A stretch of DNA of 64,000 nucleotides from Candidatus Falkowbacteria bacterium (lineage in GTDB: Bacteria; Patescibacteriota; Patescibacteriia; Patescibacteriales; UBA12075), in assembly GCA_003514005.1 (NCBI GenBank), contig DOSJ01000022.1, positions 13,804 to 77,803 on the forward strand, in the 5' to 3' direction. Positions 8,664-18,629 of this stretch are shown piece after piece (the stretch's first letter is position 1; each line of letters starts with the position of its first letter). A program made the translations under genes and the position numbers. The notes beneath the pieces are model-generated. The model saw only the letters and a list, made by a program, of their open reading frames with translations. It was not told the origin of the DNA and searched no databases.

Positions 8664-10340
8664 TTAATAAACCAATTTTAACAAACCGTACATCGCCATT
8701 ATCTGAGCGAGTGGAACAGTTTCTTTTGGAAAAAATCCATTGGTTTCAATCTCTTTAAAATATTTATCATGGATTTTTATTTTCTCAGCTAAAACTTTTA
8801 CTATTTCTATCGGATTTCCCTTGTCTTTAAAATACAGATCTTCTTCATAGCTTTTTTGAAGATTCTGGCGCTTACTGATTTCATCTACAAATTTTTTATA
8901 AATACTGAACCTGGGAAAATTTTGTGACAAGATTTTTTCTACGATAGGCAATTCTTTCTTTTTTAAAATTTTTACTTTATGATTATCACCTGTCCCAAAA
9001 AATACACCCACATACCATGTTTTGGCGACATCTTGGTCTTTATTCTCCGGATGATAATTCATCAAGTCAACAGTCATATTTCCCAACTTCAATGGGTGTC
9101 TTCTAAAACGAGCATTTATATTTCGTTTTCGCGGATTATCAAACTTATTTTCTTTAAATGTGTTGAGATTATTTACCTTTTTGTAATTATTTGATAATTT
9201 TGAAAAATCTATCCTGTCATGTTTGATCTCCGATATCTGCATTTTTCTCCTGATTGCCTTTGCAAGAGCACTGCCCATATGCGGACAAACTGCGTTTCCA
9301 ATCTGTTTCCATTTAACCCCTTCCGATCCTACAAACTGATATACATAAGGAAACCCCATTAAACAAGCGATTTCTCTTATAGTTGGTGATCTATATTCAC
9401 CATCACCTTTTCTGTCGTATTCAGATCGATAAATTAATGCTTCTCTTGAGCTGGCGGACTTAGTCGCTAGAATGGTCCTGCTTGGCCTGTCTTCATTTTC
9501 AGGAAAAGACATTCGACCCATAAATGGATGGTTTGTTTTTAAATAATCGGCTTTTTCCCACTCGATTTTATATATACCTGAATCATAAAAGTGATCGGAT
9601 ATTTTTTCAGTCTCCAGGGCTATGCTAGGATAATTAGGGTCTTTCCAAACCTTTTTTTTATTAGTTTCATTCGGTTTAGGCATTTTACTTTTAATTTCTC
9701 GCAATTTAACATATTCCACTTGGGTGATTAACGGTTCTAAAAATTCATTTGTAGCTACCCATTCACCCGCAACAAACCTTTTCCTTCCCTGTGGCGCACC
9801 GAAGTCTCTTGCATTATGTATCGCACCGTTTGTAGTTACGGCTATGTCATCCGGTCTCATTTCATTTTCCAGTGCCCATTCCTTAAGGTTTAGATCCATG
9901 AAGCTGTATTGAATTTTTACGTGCGGCCTTGATTGTGGCACATTTTCCATGTACCATGCTTTCAGTACAGATTTTTTTTCATGCTTTTTTACCGCAACAA
10001 CCCTTAGATAAGTTTCAATCAACCTTATACCGTTTGTCTTGTCCGCTTTTCCTGCCTTGTTTGACATAGAGAATGAAACACAAGACGGACTTCCGACTAA
10101 AACTTCTGCCTTCGGCATCTTATTGATTTCAGAAACATCACCCGACGATTTCCCCCAAAAATCTAAAACGTTTTTCGTTGTGTCGTTTAATCCATGATTT
10201 AAATTGTGTGTGTCAATCGCCGGTTGCCAATAATCAAGCCCCATTATCACGTCAAATCCTTGTTGCCTAAATCCTTCAGAAAAACCACCTGCTCCGCAAA
10301 AAAAATCAATAACTCTCAGTTTGGTTATTTTATTTTTCAT
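8664..10340 (-). CDS. DNA (cytosine-5) methyltransferase with long C-terminal extension
   Basis: Motif I DFFCGAGG, motif IV GSPSC, motif VI ENV, motif VIII PQGRKR, motif IX REIACLMGFP, motif X QIGNAV. Confidence 0.92.
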   Translation of the reverse strand: MKNKITKLRVIDFFCGAGGFSEGFRQQGFDVIMGLDYWQPAIDTHNLNHGLNDTTKNVLDFWGKSSGDVSEINKMPKAEVLVGSPSCVSFSMSNKAGKADKTNGIRLIETYLRVVAVKKHEKKSVLKAWYMENVPQSRPHVKIQYSFMDLNLKEWALENEMRPDDIAVTTNGAIHNARDFGAPQGRKRFVAGEWVATNEFLEPLITQVEYVKLREIKSKMPKPNETNKKKVWKDPNYPSIALETEKISDHFYDSGIYKIEWEKADYLKTNHPFMGRMSFPENEDRPSRTILATKSASSREALIYRSEYDRKGDGEYRSPTIREIACLMGFPYVYQFVGSEGVKWKQIGNAVCPHMGSALAKAIRRKMQISEIKHDRIDFSKLSNNYKKVNNLNTFKENKFDNPRKRNINARFRRHPLKLGNMTVDLMNYHPENKDQDVAKTWYVGVFFGTGDNHKVKILKKKELPIVEKILSQNFPRFSIYKKFVDEISKRQNLQKSYEEDLYFKDKGNPIEIVKVLAEKIKIHDKYFKEIETNGFFPKETVPLAQIMAMYGLLKLVY

Positions 10341-10582
10341 ATATGTTAAACCACAATTTTTTATTATTTTTTTTTCTCAATTAATTCAAAATTTAACATT
10401 TGCCACCTATTTTCTAAATAATCTTATCTAGTAAAGGGTCGTCCGTGAATACTTGTATTTAAATTAACAAAATTTATAAGATTATAATTATATTATAACA
10501 ATATTCTGGTAATAAATCAATAAAATTATTGTTTTTCTTCCTAAAAATATTAAATATTTTCTTCTTTGTTGTGTGATTATCC

Positions 10583-11350
10583 CTACATAAAAACTGCCCC
10601 AATCAAAGGCGTGATTACATGCAGGCAAATGTCTGCTGAGAAATGACTGATCATGGCTGACTCAAGTCCCCTTTTCCAATACAGATAGCCAAAGATAATG
10701 CCGCCGATGCCGTTTAGGACTACCGCGCGGATAACCACGACCGGGGTGATGGCGGTGATGCCGCTGGTGATTGGCAGATGGCCGAGGCCGAAGATGATTG
10801 AGGAGATGATGATTGCTAGCCAAATACCGATGACTGTCGGTTTGTTGTCAGCGGTTTTTTTGATCTTGAATGTTATCCAGACAAACAAGGTCATTAGAAA
10901 TAAGCGGAGCAAAAGCTCTTCTGCTATGCCACCGTAAAAAGAGGCTAGGAAAGATTTCCAGATCTGTACAGTCATTTCTGTTTTTAGAAAATCGAGCGAC
11001 ATCGAACCAAAAGGCAGACTACATAAAACAATCAGTACGCCGGCCAGCACACCCCAACCGATCGACGGGGCTAAAATGGATTTGAATCTTGCGCTCGGCC
11101 TCTCGCCCTTGAGCAGACCCTCCAAAATCGGCAAACCGAAACCGATCCGTTTGGCCAAAAACAAACCGAAAAAAATCACGATCGAAAACATTACAAGGCT
11201 TTGGATAGTGGTCGCCAGCAAAATTAACGGAGTTATGGCCGGCGTCGGTTTTGGCAAAAGCATTAGCGCGTAGGGCAAGACCATCCAGGTCGTAATAACG
11301 CTGGATAAAAGCAGAATAAAAAATAGTTTCCAATTGATTGCGTGTTTCAT
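10583..11350 (-). CDS. CPBP/Abi (CAAX-type) intramembrane metalloprotease
   Basis: GIAEELLLR, FGLGH and SAMISHFSAD motifs; multi-pass membrane protein. Confidence 0.9.
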   Translation of the reverse strand: MKHAINWKLFFILLLSSVITTWMVLPYALMLLPKPTPAITPLILLATTIQSLVMFSIVIFFGLFLAKRIGFGLPILEGLLKGERPSARFKSILAPSIGWGVLAGVLIVLCSLPFGSMSLDFLKTEMTVQIWKSFLASFYGGIAEELLLRLFLMTLFVWITFKIKKTADNKPTVIGIWLAIIISSIIFGLGHLPITSGITAITPVVVIRAVVLNGIGGIIFGYLYWKRGLESAMISHFSADICLHVITPLIGAVFM

Positions 11351-11368
11351 AAGATTAGTACATCTAAT

Positions 11369-12088
11369 TTAAAATAAATTTATAAAATACTTAACCAAAT
11401 ACTGCGTATAGTACAATCCGGTAAGAATAAAAACGCTCGCAATTCCGTACCGCATCACCTTTTCTATTTTCTGCATGATATTAAATAGCTTGCCGACTTT
11501 TCCCAGACTGAATGCCAAGAGAAAAGAAAAGATTATTACCGGCAATCCGGTGCCGAGCGCGAACAAGGGCGGAAGCAATAAACCCTCGCCGGAACCTATG
11601 ACCAAAGGCATAAACATTCCAAAAAACAAAACTCCACTATACGGACAAAAGGCCAATGCAAATAATACGCCAAGCAACATTGACCCGATATAGCCTTTGC
11701 GCGACAGCCAATCTTTTACTTTTTCAAAACTCTGATTTTTAAAATTCAAGTTTAACTTGATAACATCAAACATAATCAATCCGATAACAATCAAAACCGG
11801 TCCCAAAACCTTGTCGCCCCAACCTTGAAAAATACGGGAGATTGAAAACGACGAGATGCCAAAATATATTAAAGTCGCCAACAAAGTGTAGCTAATGCCA
11901 CGCCCCAAAGTATAAAACAGTCCATTCAGTAAAGTATTTTTTACTGTTTTTATTTCCCGAGAAATATAAGCAATCGCCGTGATATTCGTAGCGAGCGGAC
12001 AAGGACTGATCGAAGTCAAAAACCCAAGCAGAAACGCGGTTAGCACCGGGATATTATAATTATCGATTAAAGCATTAATTAACTCCAT
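11369..12088 (-). CDS. arsG: ArsG-like (DsbD_2 fold) aromatic arsenical efflux permease
   Basis: SISPCPLATNITAIAY and ALAFCPYSGVLFFG motifs; adjacent to arsF-like, arsP-like and arsE-like genes. Confidence 0.75.
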   Translation of the reverse strand: MELINALIDNYNIPVLTAFLLGFLTSISPCPLATNITAIAYISREIKTVKNTLLNGLFYTLGRGISYTLLATLIYFGISSFSISRIFQGWGDKVLGPVLIVIGLIMFDVIKLNLNFKNQSFEKVKDWLSRKGYIGSMLLGVLFALAFCPYSGVLFFGMFMPLVIGSGEGLLLPPLFALGTGLPVIIFSFLLAFSLGKVGKLFNIMQKIEKVMRYGIASVFILTGLYYTQYLVKYFINLF

Positions 12089-12090
12089 AA

Positions 12091-12603
12091 TTAAATTCCT
12101 AAATAAGAATTAATTTTGTCTTCCAAGTGTTTCTTGAACTTTGCTTCATCACCAAGCAAGCGCCAAACCAGAGTATCCGGTTCGATCGTTTCCTGCCCGT
12201 CTTTTATCCGATTGATATACAAAGATGAACCAGTGGCCTTGAACTTTTTGGCGATTTCTTTATTCTCCGGCAAATCCACATTTATTTCACGATAATCAAT
12301 CTTGCCATTTTTCAGCTGATCATCATATTTATTTAACATTGTTTCATTAACAAATTGCCCGACAGTCTTGCAGGAATAACAGCGCGCAGTCGAATGAAAA
12401 TAATAAACCTCCAGCTTATCCGCCGTGATTTCAGTGCTCGGTTTTGATGAATCATCCCTATTGCCATTTTGGTTGACGCTAGCCGTTTCAGTGGATTGAG
12501 ATTTTAAAGCTGATTGATTGCCGGTTTCTCTTGCCCCCTTGCCGCACCCGGTAATAACGAGTAGCAATAGAATAAATATTGGTAAGATAAAAAAATTTTT
12601 CAT
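12091..12603 (-). CDS. arsF: ArsF-like thioredoxin-fold lipoprotein
   Basis: Lipobox ITGC; EVYYFHSTARCYSC motif and ATGSSL; gene context. Confidence 0.75.
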   Translation of the reverse strand: MKNFFILPIFILLLLVITGCGKGARETGNQSALKSQSTETASVNQNGNRDDSSKPSTEITADKLEVYYFHSTARCYSCKTVGQFVNETMLNKYDDQLKNGKIDYREINVDLPENKEIAKKFKATGSSLYINRIKDGQETIEPDTLVWRLLGDEAKFKKHLEDKINSYLGI

Positions 12604-12715
12604 AAATATTTTTTTTAATTCTTCAACATATTTTGCAACTTAGGCCGAAAATAAATAATTGATTTTTGGCCGATACGAACGGGGGTATTCACAAAATAAG
12701 TTAAAGAAATATTTT

Positions 12716-13696
12716 TTAAAAAGTAAAAATATTAAAAAAGTAACCGATAATCATAATCCCAATCATTGTTACGATAATAAATGCGGATAGCAATTTCCAA
12801 TCCATGGCTTTTTTCAAAATCAAAAGCCCGGGAATAGACAAGGTAACGGTTGCCGTCATAAAAGCCAAGGCTGTACCAAGCTCCACGCCTTTGTTGGTCA
12901 TGGCCTCCACAATCGGAATGACACTTACCGAATTCGCATAAAGCGGCGCTCCTAAAATTGTTGCCAAAGGCACGGTCCACCAACTGCCGTTTGCCAAATA
13001 CGCCTCAACAAAACTCCTAGGCACAAAACCATGTATCAACGCACCCAGTCCAACACCCAAAAGCACATAAGGAAAAATGCTTTTTGAAATACGGATGCCG
13101 TCTTTCCACCAAATCACTAAGCGTTTTTTTAAAGGAACTGTTTGCCCGCCGTTTTCAGCTACCGCCTCTTTTTGCGTTTTGAATTTCAAGAACGCCGGGT
13201 TAACACTCTTTTCAAATTTAAGCCGTCCGATTATCATCCCGGCTAAAGCACTGATTGCTATTCCCAAAATATTGTAAACAATAGTCATCTTGATTCCAAA
13301 GATTGATGGAAATATAAACAGCGACGCTTCATTAACCAAAGGCGAAGCAATCAAGAACGCAAAAGTTACGCCCAAGGGAATACCTGCGCCCACGAATCCG
13401 ACAAATAGTGGAATAGATGAACAAGAACAAAACGGCGTAATCACGCCAAGCATGCCGGCCAAAATATAATCAAAGCCATACCATTTGCGGCCAGAAAGGA
13501 TATCGCGCACTTTTTCCACCGGAAAATAATAGCGGGTAATCGCCATAACATAATTTATGAGTAGCAAAAGCAGACCGATTTTGATCGTGTCATAAACAAA
13601 AAAGTTTATCGCATCACCCCAGTATTTATCACTTATACCAAGCCAATTATAAGTAACTAGGTCAGCGAATATTTGTATCGGTTTAAAAATGTCCAT
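12716..13696 (-). CDS. arsP: ArsP (DUF318) permease
   Basis: FFVYDTIKI, TPFCSCSSIPLF and ASPLVNE motifs. Start placed at MDIFKP. Confidence 0.85.
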   Translation of the reverse strand: MDIFKPIQIFADLVTYNWLGISDKYWGDAINFFVYDTIKIGLLLLLINYVMAITRYYFPVEKVRDILSGRKWYGFDYILAGMLGVITPFCSCSSIPLFVGFVGAGIPLGVTFAFLIASPLVNEASLFIFPSIFGIKMTIVYNILGIAISALAGMIIGRLKFEKSVNPAFLKFKTQKEAVAENGGQTVPLKKRLVIWWKDGIRISKSIFPYVLLGVGLGALIHGFVPRSFVEAYLANGSWWTVPLATILGAPLYANSVSVIPIVEAMTNKGVELGTALAFMTATVTLSIPGLLILKKAMDWKLLSAFIIVTMIGIMIIGYFFNIFTF

Positions 13697-13759
13697 GCTT
13701 GTAAATATACAATAATCAATGAACAATAATCAATTTGAAATATAAAAAATTGTTTTACT

Positions 13760-13831
13760 TGTCATTCCCGCGTAGGCGGGAATCCAGGGTTTATCTCTCG
13801 AATCTGGATTCCCGCCTACGCGGGAATGACA
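13760..13831. repeat. REP/RPE-like palindromic element (dRS3-type ATTCCC-N8-GGGAAT cores), copy 1
   Basis: tgtcattcccgcgtaggcgggaatccag ... ctggattcccgcctacgcgggaatgaca: perfect 28-bp inverted arms with TGTCAT...ATGACA ends. Confidence 0.85.
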
Positions 13832-13899
13832 GAAAATGAGTTTTTCTCAAGTCTCAATTTCAAAATTTCTCAACTTCAAACAAGCTGTTTACTCTAAAT

Positions 13900-14148
13900 T
13901 TAATACTTTGACAATACATCTCTAACATCATCCTCACCATGTCCCCCGCCAGTCAAAACCGGCTTACCATTTATAGCGAGTACCGGGCTAGTCATAACTC
14001 CCATTTCAATCATTTTTGTAACATCGGTAATGTATTCGACCTCTGTATCAATTTTTAATTCTGCGGCAATTTTTTTGGTTGTTTCGTATAGCTGTTTACA
14101 GGTTGGGCAACCTGAACCAAGCACTTGGATGCTTTTTATTTTATTCAT
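13900..14148 (-). CDS. Small redox-active disulfide protein (MTH895/ArsE-like thioredoxin)
   Basis: VLGSGCPTC, GVMTSPVLAING; 82 aa. Confidence 0.9.
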   Translation of the reverse strand: MNKIKSIQVLGSGCPTCKQLYETTKKIAAELKIDTEVEYITDVTKMIEMGVMTSPVLAINGKPVLTGGGHGEDDVRDVLSKY

Positions 14149-14196
14149 AATTTTTTAAAAATTTATTAATAACGAGTTGTATTTTCCGCAAAACGG

Positions 14197-14934
14197 TTAT
14201 TCAATAAACTTTGCGGCGTACATAAGCAAGACGCCAAGAAGAAAGATTAAGAATGATTTAACTGATCGCTTGAAATCAGGCTCTTTTTTTATTTCAGGCA
14301 TCAGGTCGGAGGCGGCGATATAGATAAACCCGCCCGCGGCAAATGGCAAGAGACCGGGAATAATGCTTTCAACTGATGACGAAACAAAAAAACCGACAAC
14401 TCCTCCCAGAACGACAGCCAAAGCAACGAGGTAATTTATCACAAGCGCCTTGACTCGATCAAAGCCCGCGTGTATCAAAACGCCAAAATCACCGATCTCT
14501 TGCGGTATCTCGTGCAGAGCAATGGCAAAGGTGGTAACAAAACCAAGCCTGATATCAATCATAAACGCGCTGGCAATAACCAAGCCGTCAATAAAATTGT
14601 GTACGGAATCCCCTAATAAATTTATATAACCGAATGTATGGATCGAACAATTTTCCTTGTGGCAATGCCGCCAGTGCAAAAGCTTTTCCATAAAGAAAAA
14701 GAAAATAAATGAACAAAGAACAATCATGTACAATCTTTCACCCTCGATCTTTTCCGCCGCTTCCGGCAACAGATGTAAAAAAGCCCCGCCCAAAAAAGAA
14801 CCGGCAGACAATGAAACTAAAAATATAGATATTCTTTGAAGCGTATCTTTTTTCAGGGCAAGCAAAAAAACCGCCACCCAGACGCAGAGGGTAATAAGGA
14901 ATGTGCTGAGAATAATATAGAGAAAAATACTCAT
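14197..14934 (-). CDS. ZIP-family metal transporter
   Basis: HNFIDG, HEIPQEIGDFG, His/Cys loop HWRHCH. Confidence 0.92.
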   Translation of the reverse strand: MSIFLYIILSTFLITLCVWVAVFLLALKKDTLQRISIFLVSLSAGSFLGGAFLHLLPEAAEKIEGERLYMIVLCSFIFFFFMEKLLHWRHCHKENCSIHTFGYINLLGDSVHNFIDGLVIASAFMIDIRLGFVTTFAIALHEIPQEIGDFGVLIHAGFDRVKALVINYLVALAVVLGGVVGFFVSSSVESIIPGLLPFAAGGFIYIAASDLMPEIKKEPDFKRSVKSFLIFLLGVLLMYAAKFIE

Positions 14935-15016
14935 ATATTTTAAAGTAATATTAATATGATATTATAAATATACAAGGTTTGCAATAGAAAGTATAATAAT
15001 TAATTAAAAATCTTTT

Positions 15017-15520
15017 TCATATCCTCCGACTATCATAAGCCCAATGGAGCAATGCCTGCCTTTGTTTCTTTCGACAATCAAAATCACCACGCACGCAGTT
15101 GTTCCTGACGGCTGACCAATGCCGCCGAAACGCGCGCCATCTTTTTATCTGCCTTTCATCATCCTCGTGCCTTCTGCCCAAAAAATATCGACAATACCAT
15201 TGAAACCAACCGCGCGGATCATCCGGATGAATCCAACCATTCGCCTGCCAAACTGACAGCGGTTGGCTGGCATTAACGCCAAAAAAATTCAGCTTGGGGT
15301 CATGAAATTCCAAACACAGCTTTGCCTTTTTAAACCACGCCGCAGGAAACTCTTGCCGGCAATCCGTCATATATTTCCCGCCAAAAACTCCGAGGCCAAG
15401 CATCTCCTCCGGAGTCAGCTCGGGCTTAAACCCGGAATGAAAATTCTTACCGCTTGCTTCACTTAAATAATAACGGTAATTACTCTGCATCTTGTCGTTG
15501 ACAGTGATTTGTTTTTTCAT
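15017..15520 (-). CDS. Conserved Trp/Cys-rich hypothetical protein
   Basis: FKPELTPEEML.LGVFGGKY, DPRGWFQWYCRY..GRR..DD.RQI.RW, QRQALLHWAYD: recognisable conserved family of unknown function. Confidence 0.75.
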   Translation of the reverse strand: MKKQITVNDKMQSNYRYYLSEASGKNFHSGFKPELTPEEMLGLGVFGGKYMTDCRQEFPAAWFKKAKLCLEFHDPKLNFFGVNASQPLSVWQANGWIHPDDPRGWFQWYCRYFLGRRHEDDERQIKRWRAFRRHWSAVRNNCVRGDFDCRKKQRQALLHWAYDSRRI

Positions 15521-15578
15521 CTGAGTGGAGATTTTGAATTAAAAAGTTTTTATATCATCTTTTTTATCATTCAAAAAA

Positions 15579-16997
15579 TTATGACTTCTTTCTTTTTATA
15601 AATACTAAAAGTACCACAAACACAATCACACAAACAAATATTACCAAAATAATTTTAACACTTTGTCCGGACTTCCCTGTGGGTTCAGCCGAAGACTCTA
15701 CAGATTTCGGCGATTCCAAGCTTCGCGCTTCTTCGCCCTGCTTTATCCATTGCGCTTTTTCTTCTAAATATTTGGTCTCAGCCGCTACTGCGTCAAATGT
15801 ACTCGTAGCTAGCACAATACCGGCGCTAGACTTATACTCTTCACCAGCTTTTACGATCGTTATCTTGCTCTCGTCTTTTCGCGACTTCATTTCTGCGACG
15901 CCTTCTATCACGCGAACAGTTGTGTCATCACCGCTTACCTCTGCCTCAATAGTCGTGCCTTTTATACCCATCACATCATTCGGATAAGTGGTGTCCGAAT
16001 AAATATCTTGGCCGTCCAAAGCCTTTTGGAAATTGGCTTTTATTTTTCCGCCGATAATCTCGACAGCCGATTTGTCCTTTCTGGATGATGAACGAATCAA
16101 TAGCTGTGTCCCTTCTTCGAGACGGTAATCTTTTATCGGCCAAACGATGTAAGCGCTGCTTTCCTCCCCTGTTCGCACAACATCGCCCACGCAAAGAACC
16201 ATATCATATTTGGCAAATTTCCAATCACCGCTTTCAACCTTTTTTATCTCCACTGTTCCGCTTATCGCGCTGAAACGAGCATAGGAATCGACGCAATCTT
16301 CTTTTATGGATTCCCAGTCGCCAAAAGCATTATCATCCAAAGCCACGGCCTCGAATAGGCCGGCGTTATGATAAAATTGTTTTTTACCGGTCGCCGTATT
16401 TGGCGGAATATTCAAAGTAACGGTTTCACCGCCGTCAACATGTCCCCATAACTTATGTCCTTCCTTACTTTTATACGGCTCTTTCTCGAGAAATTCCCCA
16501 TCCGGACCACCGCTGAATATCATATCAAAAACAACCGAATCAAAATCCGGCTCATGCGTAGCCGGCTCCAGCGTAAAGGTCTGCTGTCCCATAAATCCTT
16601 TTCCCTCTGACATAATAGTCCCATTGCCGCCTACTACGTAAGTGGCTGTCAATTTTGCATCAGCATGATTTTTTTTCCAAAGCCAAAATCCGCTCTCACC
16701 ACCGGACTCTCCGACATTCCAAAAACGCAATGTAAAATTTATGCCCTTTATCGGTATTCTTGTCCAATCACCATTTTTGGTTCTACCATCCCCTCTTTCG
16801 ATAGATAAAAACCCAGGCGTGCCATCAGACAATTTATCCACCTCAACCGGCTCATCAAACAGAAAATATTTCTCAACAACTATTTCCTTGGGCGAAATAC
16901 CCATAGGAATTTCTACTGCTCTAGAAACAAAAGGAAGACTTAGAAACAAGAATAATGAGATTGAAAAAATTTTGTGCATAGGTTTTTTATTTTCCAT
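15579..16997 (-). CDS. Secreted FecR-domain protein with C-terminal membrane anchor
   Basis: Signal peptide; GDVVRTGEESSA...VMGIKGT..V.V.EG FecR-like beta repeats; Ser/Pro linker, TM helix and KRKKS tail. Confidence 0.7.
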   Translation of the reverse strand: MENKKPMHKIFSISLFLFLSLPFVSRAVEIPMGISPKEIVVEKYFLFDEPVEVDKLSDGTPGFLSIERGDGRTKNGDWTRIPIKGINFTLRFWNVGESGGESGFWLWKKNHADAKLTATYVVGGNGTIMSEGKGFMGQQTFTLEPATHEPDFDSVVFDMIFSGGPDGEFLEKEPYKSKEGHKLWGHVDGGETVTLNIPPNTATGKKQFYHNAGLFEAVALDDNAFGDWESIKEDCVDSYARFSAISGTVEIKKVESGDWKFAKYDMVLCVGDVVRTGEESSAYIVWPIKDYRLEEGTQLLIRSSSRKDKSAVEIIGGKIKANFQKALDGQDIYSDTTYPNDVMGIKGTTIEAEVSGDDTTVRVIEGVAEMKSRKDESKITIVKAGEEYKSSAGIVLATSTFDAVAAETKYLEEKAQWIKQGEEARSLESPKSVESSAEPTGKSGQSVKIILVIFVCVIVFVVLLVFIKRKKS

Positions 16998-17051
16998 ATT
17001 ATTTTTTTATTTTGATTGTTCATATTTACGAAATTCAATACATCACATTTT

Positions 17052-17930
17052 CTAATCTTCTTCTTCATAATAATAAGAGTAGTCTATTCCTTTCATAAAC
17101 ATTTCACGATTGTTAATTTTATTAGTCAGAGCTTTTTTAAATAAATTTTTTATTTTTATACTATTTCCGGAGCTATGTTTCATTGCATTTATATAATCTT
17201 TTTTACCTATTTTACTCCAATCCACACATTTTTTAAGACGTTTTTTTAGTATTAAATCAAGCCAAATACGAGTACTTCTTCCATTGCCCTCCATAAAAGG
17301 ATGAGCGACATTCATTTCTACATATTTATCGACAATTTGTACGAAATTATTTTCCGGCATCTGTTCAATTTGTTTGAGCGTGTTTTCCAAATACTGTGCC
17401 ATCGCAAATTGAAAACCATTTTTTGAAATATTTTTCTGTCGGATTTTTCCCGCAAAATTATACAAACCGCCAAATAAATAAGCATGAATTTGTTGCAGGC
17501 CTTTGCTTGTGCCAACTTCAATGCTATCAATAAGAGAACTTTCAAACAAAGCGTAAGCTTTGGTTTTGCTTTTTCCATCGATGCTCTCATCGCTGTATGT
17601 AAACCAGTCAATAAATCGATTAGCTTTAGTCCCTGGGAATGTTTTGCCTAGGGCAATAATCCCGTCATGGTCCAACATATCAGTCAGATATCGTTTCCCA
17701 TCACTTGCCAAAAGTTTCAGTTGGGTAGTAGCACTAACCACCTGATTGTTCTCTTTCTTGAGCTTGGCTTTGAGATATTTCCAATAGTTGCGGGTTTTAG
17801 CGTAATCATTCTGGTTTGTGAGAACGGCGATGATGTCTAATACGCTAAACCACCATTTATTATTTTTTTCATCCCAAACGGCACGAACTTCTCGATCGTT
17901 AAAAAAACGAATTGAAATTTTATGATTCAT
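17052..17930 (-). CDS. fic: Fic-family AMPylase with N-terminal BRO-like domain
   Basis: Catalytic [12 protein letters not shown]; C-terminal SYYYE inhibitory-type motif; N-terminal VRAVWDE...[11 protein letters not shown]...RNYWKYLK. Start placed at MNHKISIR. Confidence 0.88.
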   Translation of the reverse strand: MNHKISIRFFNDREVRAVWDEKNNKWWFSVLDIIAVLTNQNDYAKTRNYWKYLKAKLKKENNQVVSATTQLKLLASDGKRYLTDMLDHDGIIALGKTFPGTKANRFIDWFTYSDESIDGKSKTKAYALFESSLIDSIEVGTSKGLQQIHAYLFGGLYNFAGKIRQKNISKNGFQFAMAQYLENTLKQIEQMPENNFVQIVDKYVEMNVAHPFMEGNGRSTRIWLDLILKKRLKKCVDWSKIGKKDYINAMKHSSGNSIKIKNLFKKALTNKINNREMFMKGIDYSYYYEEED

Positions 17931-18112
17931 ATTTTTTAATAGTTTAAAAGTAGTATATCTGAATTTCCGACATACCCAATATACCATTTTACAAGGCGAA
18001 AAGCAATATCTGTTTGCCTGAAATTAGCTTAAAAAAAGAAATAAATATACTGTATTGATAAAAATAAAAAAATAGAATACAATAACAGTACAAAAAATAA
18101 AGGAGAAGAAAT

Positions 18113-18316
18113 ATGAAAATCGAACATTATATTACACCGAATTTTGTAAAATACAAAAAAATAGAAGAAATTGAAAAATTAAAAAAAGACAGAGAACACA
18201 AAGAGGTCATGCCAGATGAAGACAAAAAGAAAAAAGAAAAAAAAGCTGAGCCTGACGGCAAGCAAGACCCAAAAAAATTAGAAACGCAAGAGCACATTAT
18301 CGATATCACCATATAA
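18113..18316 (+). CDS. Small Lys/Glu-rich hypothetical protein
   Basis: AAGGAG RBS, upstream TTGATA-TAGAAT promoter-like sequence, downstream terminator. Confidence 0.6.
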   Translation: MKIEHYITPNFVKYKKIEEIEKLKKDREHKEVMPDEDKKKKEKKAEPDGKQDPKKLETQEHIIDITI

Positions 18317-18317
18317 C

Positions 18318-18356
18318 AAACGGATTCACTGGCATGAATCCGTTTTTCATTTTTTC
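18318..18356. terminator. Intrinsic terminator
   Basis: aaacggattca-ctggca-tgaatccgttt hairpin followed by T-rich tract. Confidence 0.75.
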
Positions 18357-18437
18357 AAAAAAATATTATACAAAATAACTTAAAGATTTCAGTTATTTTT
18401 AATTTACATGAAATACCGACTTTCAGCACATAACTAA

Positions 18438-18629
18438 TCAAGATAAAATGAATAATTCTTCAATCGTAGTATTAAATTCTTTTGCAATACTCAAGGCAAG
18501 CTTTAAAGAAGGGCTGTATTTACCTTGTTCCAAAAATACGATAGTTTCTCTTCTGACTCCGACTTTTACTGCTAGTTCATCCTGAGTAAGCCCTGCATCT
18601 TTTCTAAATTGTTTTATATTATTTTTCAT
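18438..18629 (-). CDS. XRE-family HTH transcriptional regulator
   Basis: [33 protein letters not shown]. Confidence 0.92.
   Translation of the reverse strand: MKNNIKQFRKDAGLTQDELAVKVGVRRETIVFLEQGKYSPSLKLALSIAKEFNTTIEELFILS

Noticed and set aside
4345-10340. DISARM, BREX or a classical type I/III R-M system
   Set aside because: No DrmA/DrmB/PLD, PglX/PglZ/BrxC, HsdS/HsdR or Mod/Res genes; the ParB-like gene is not part of those systems.
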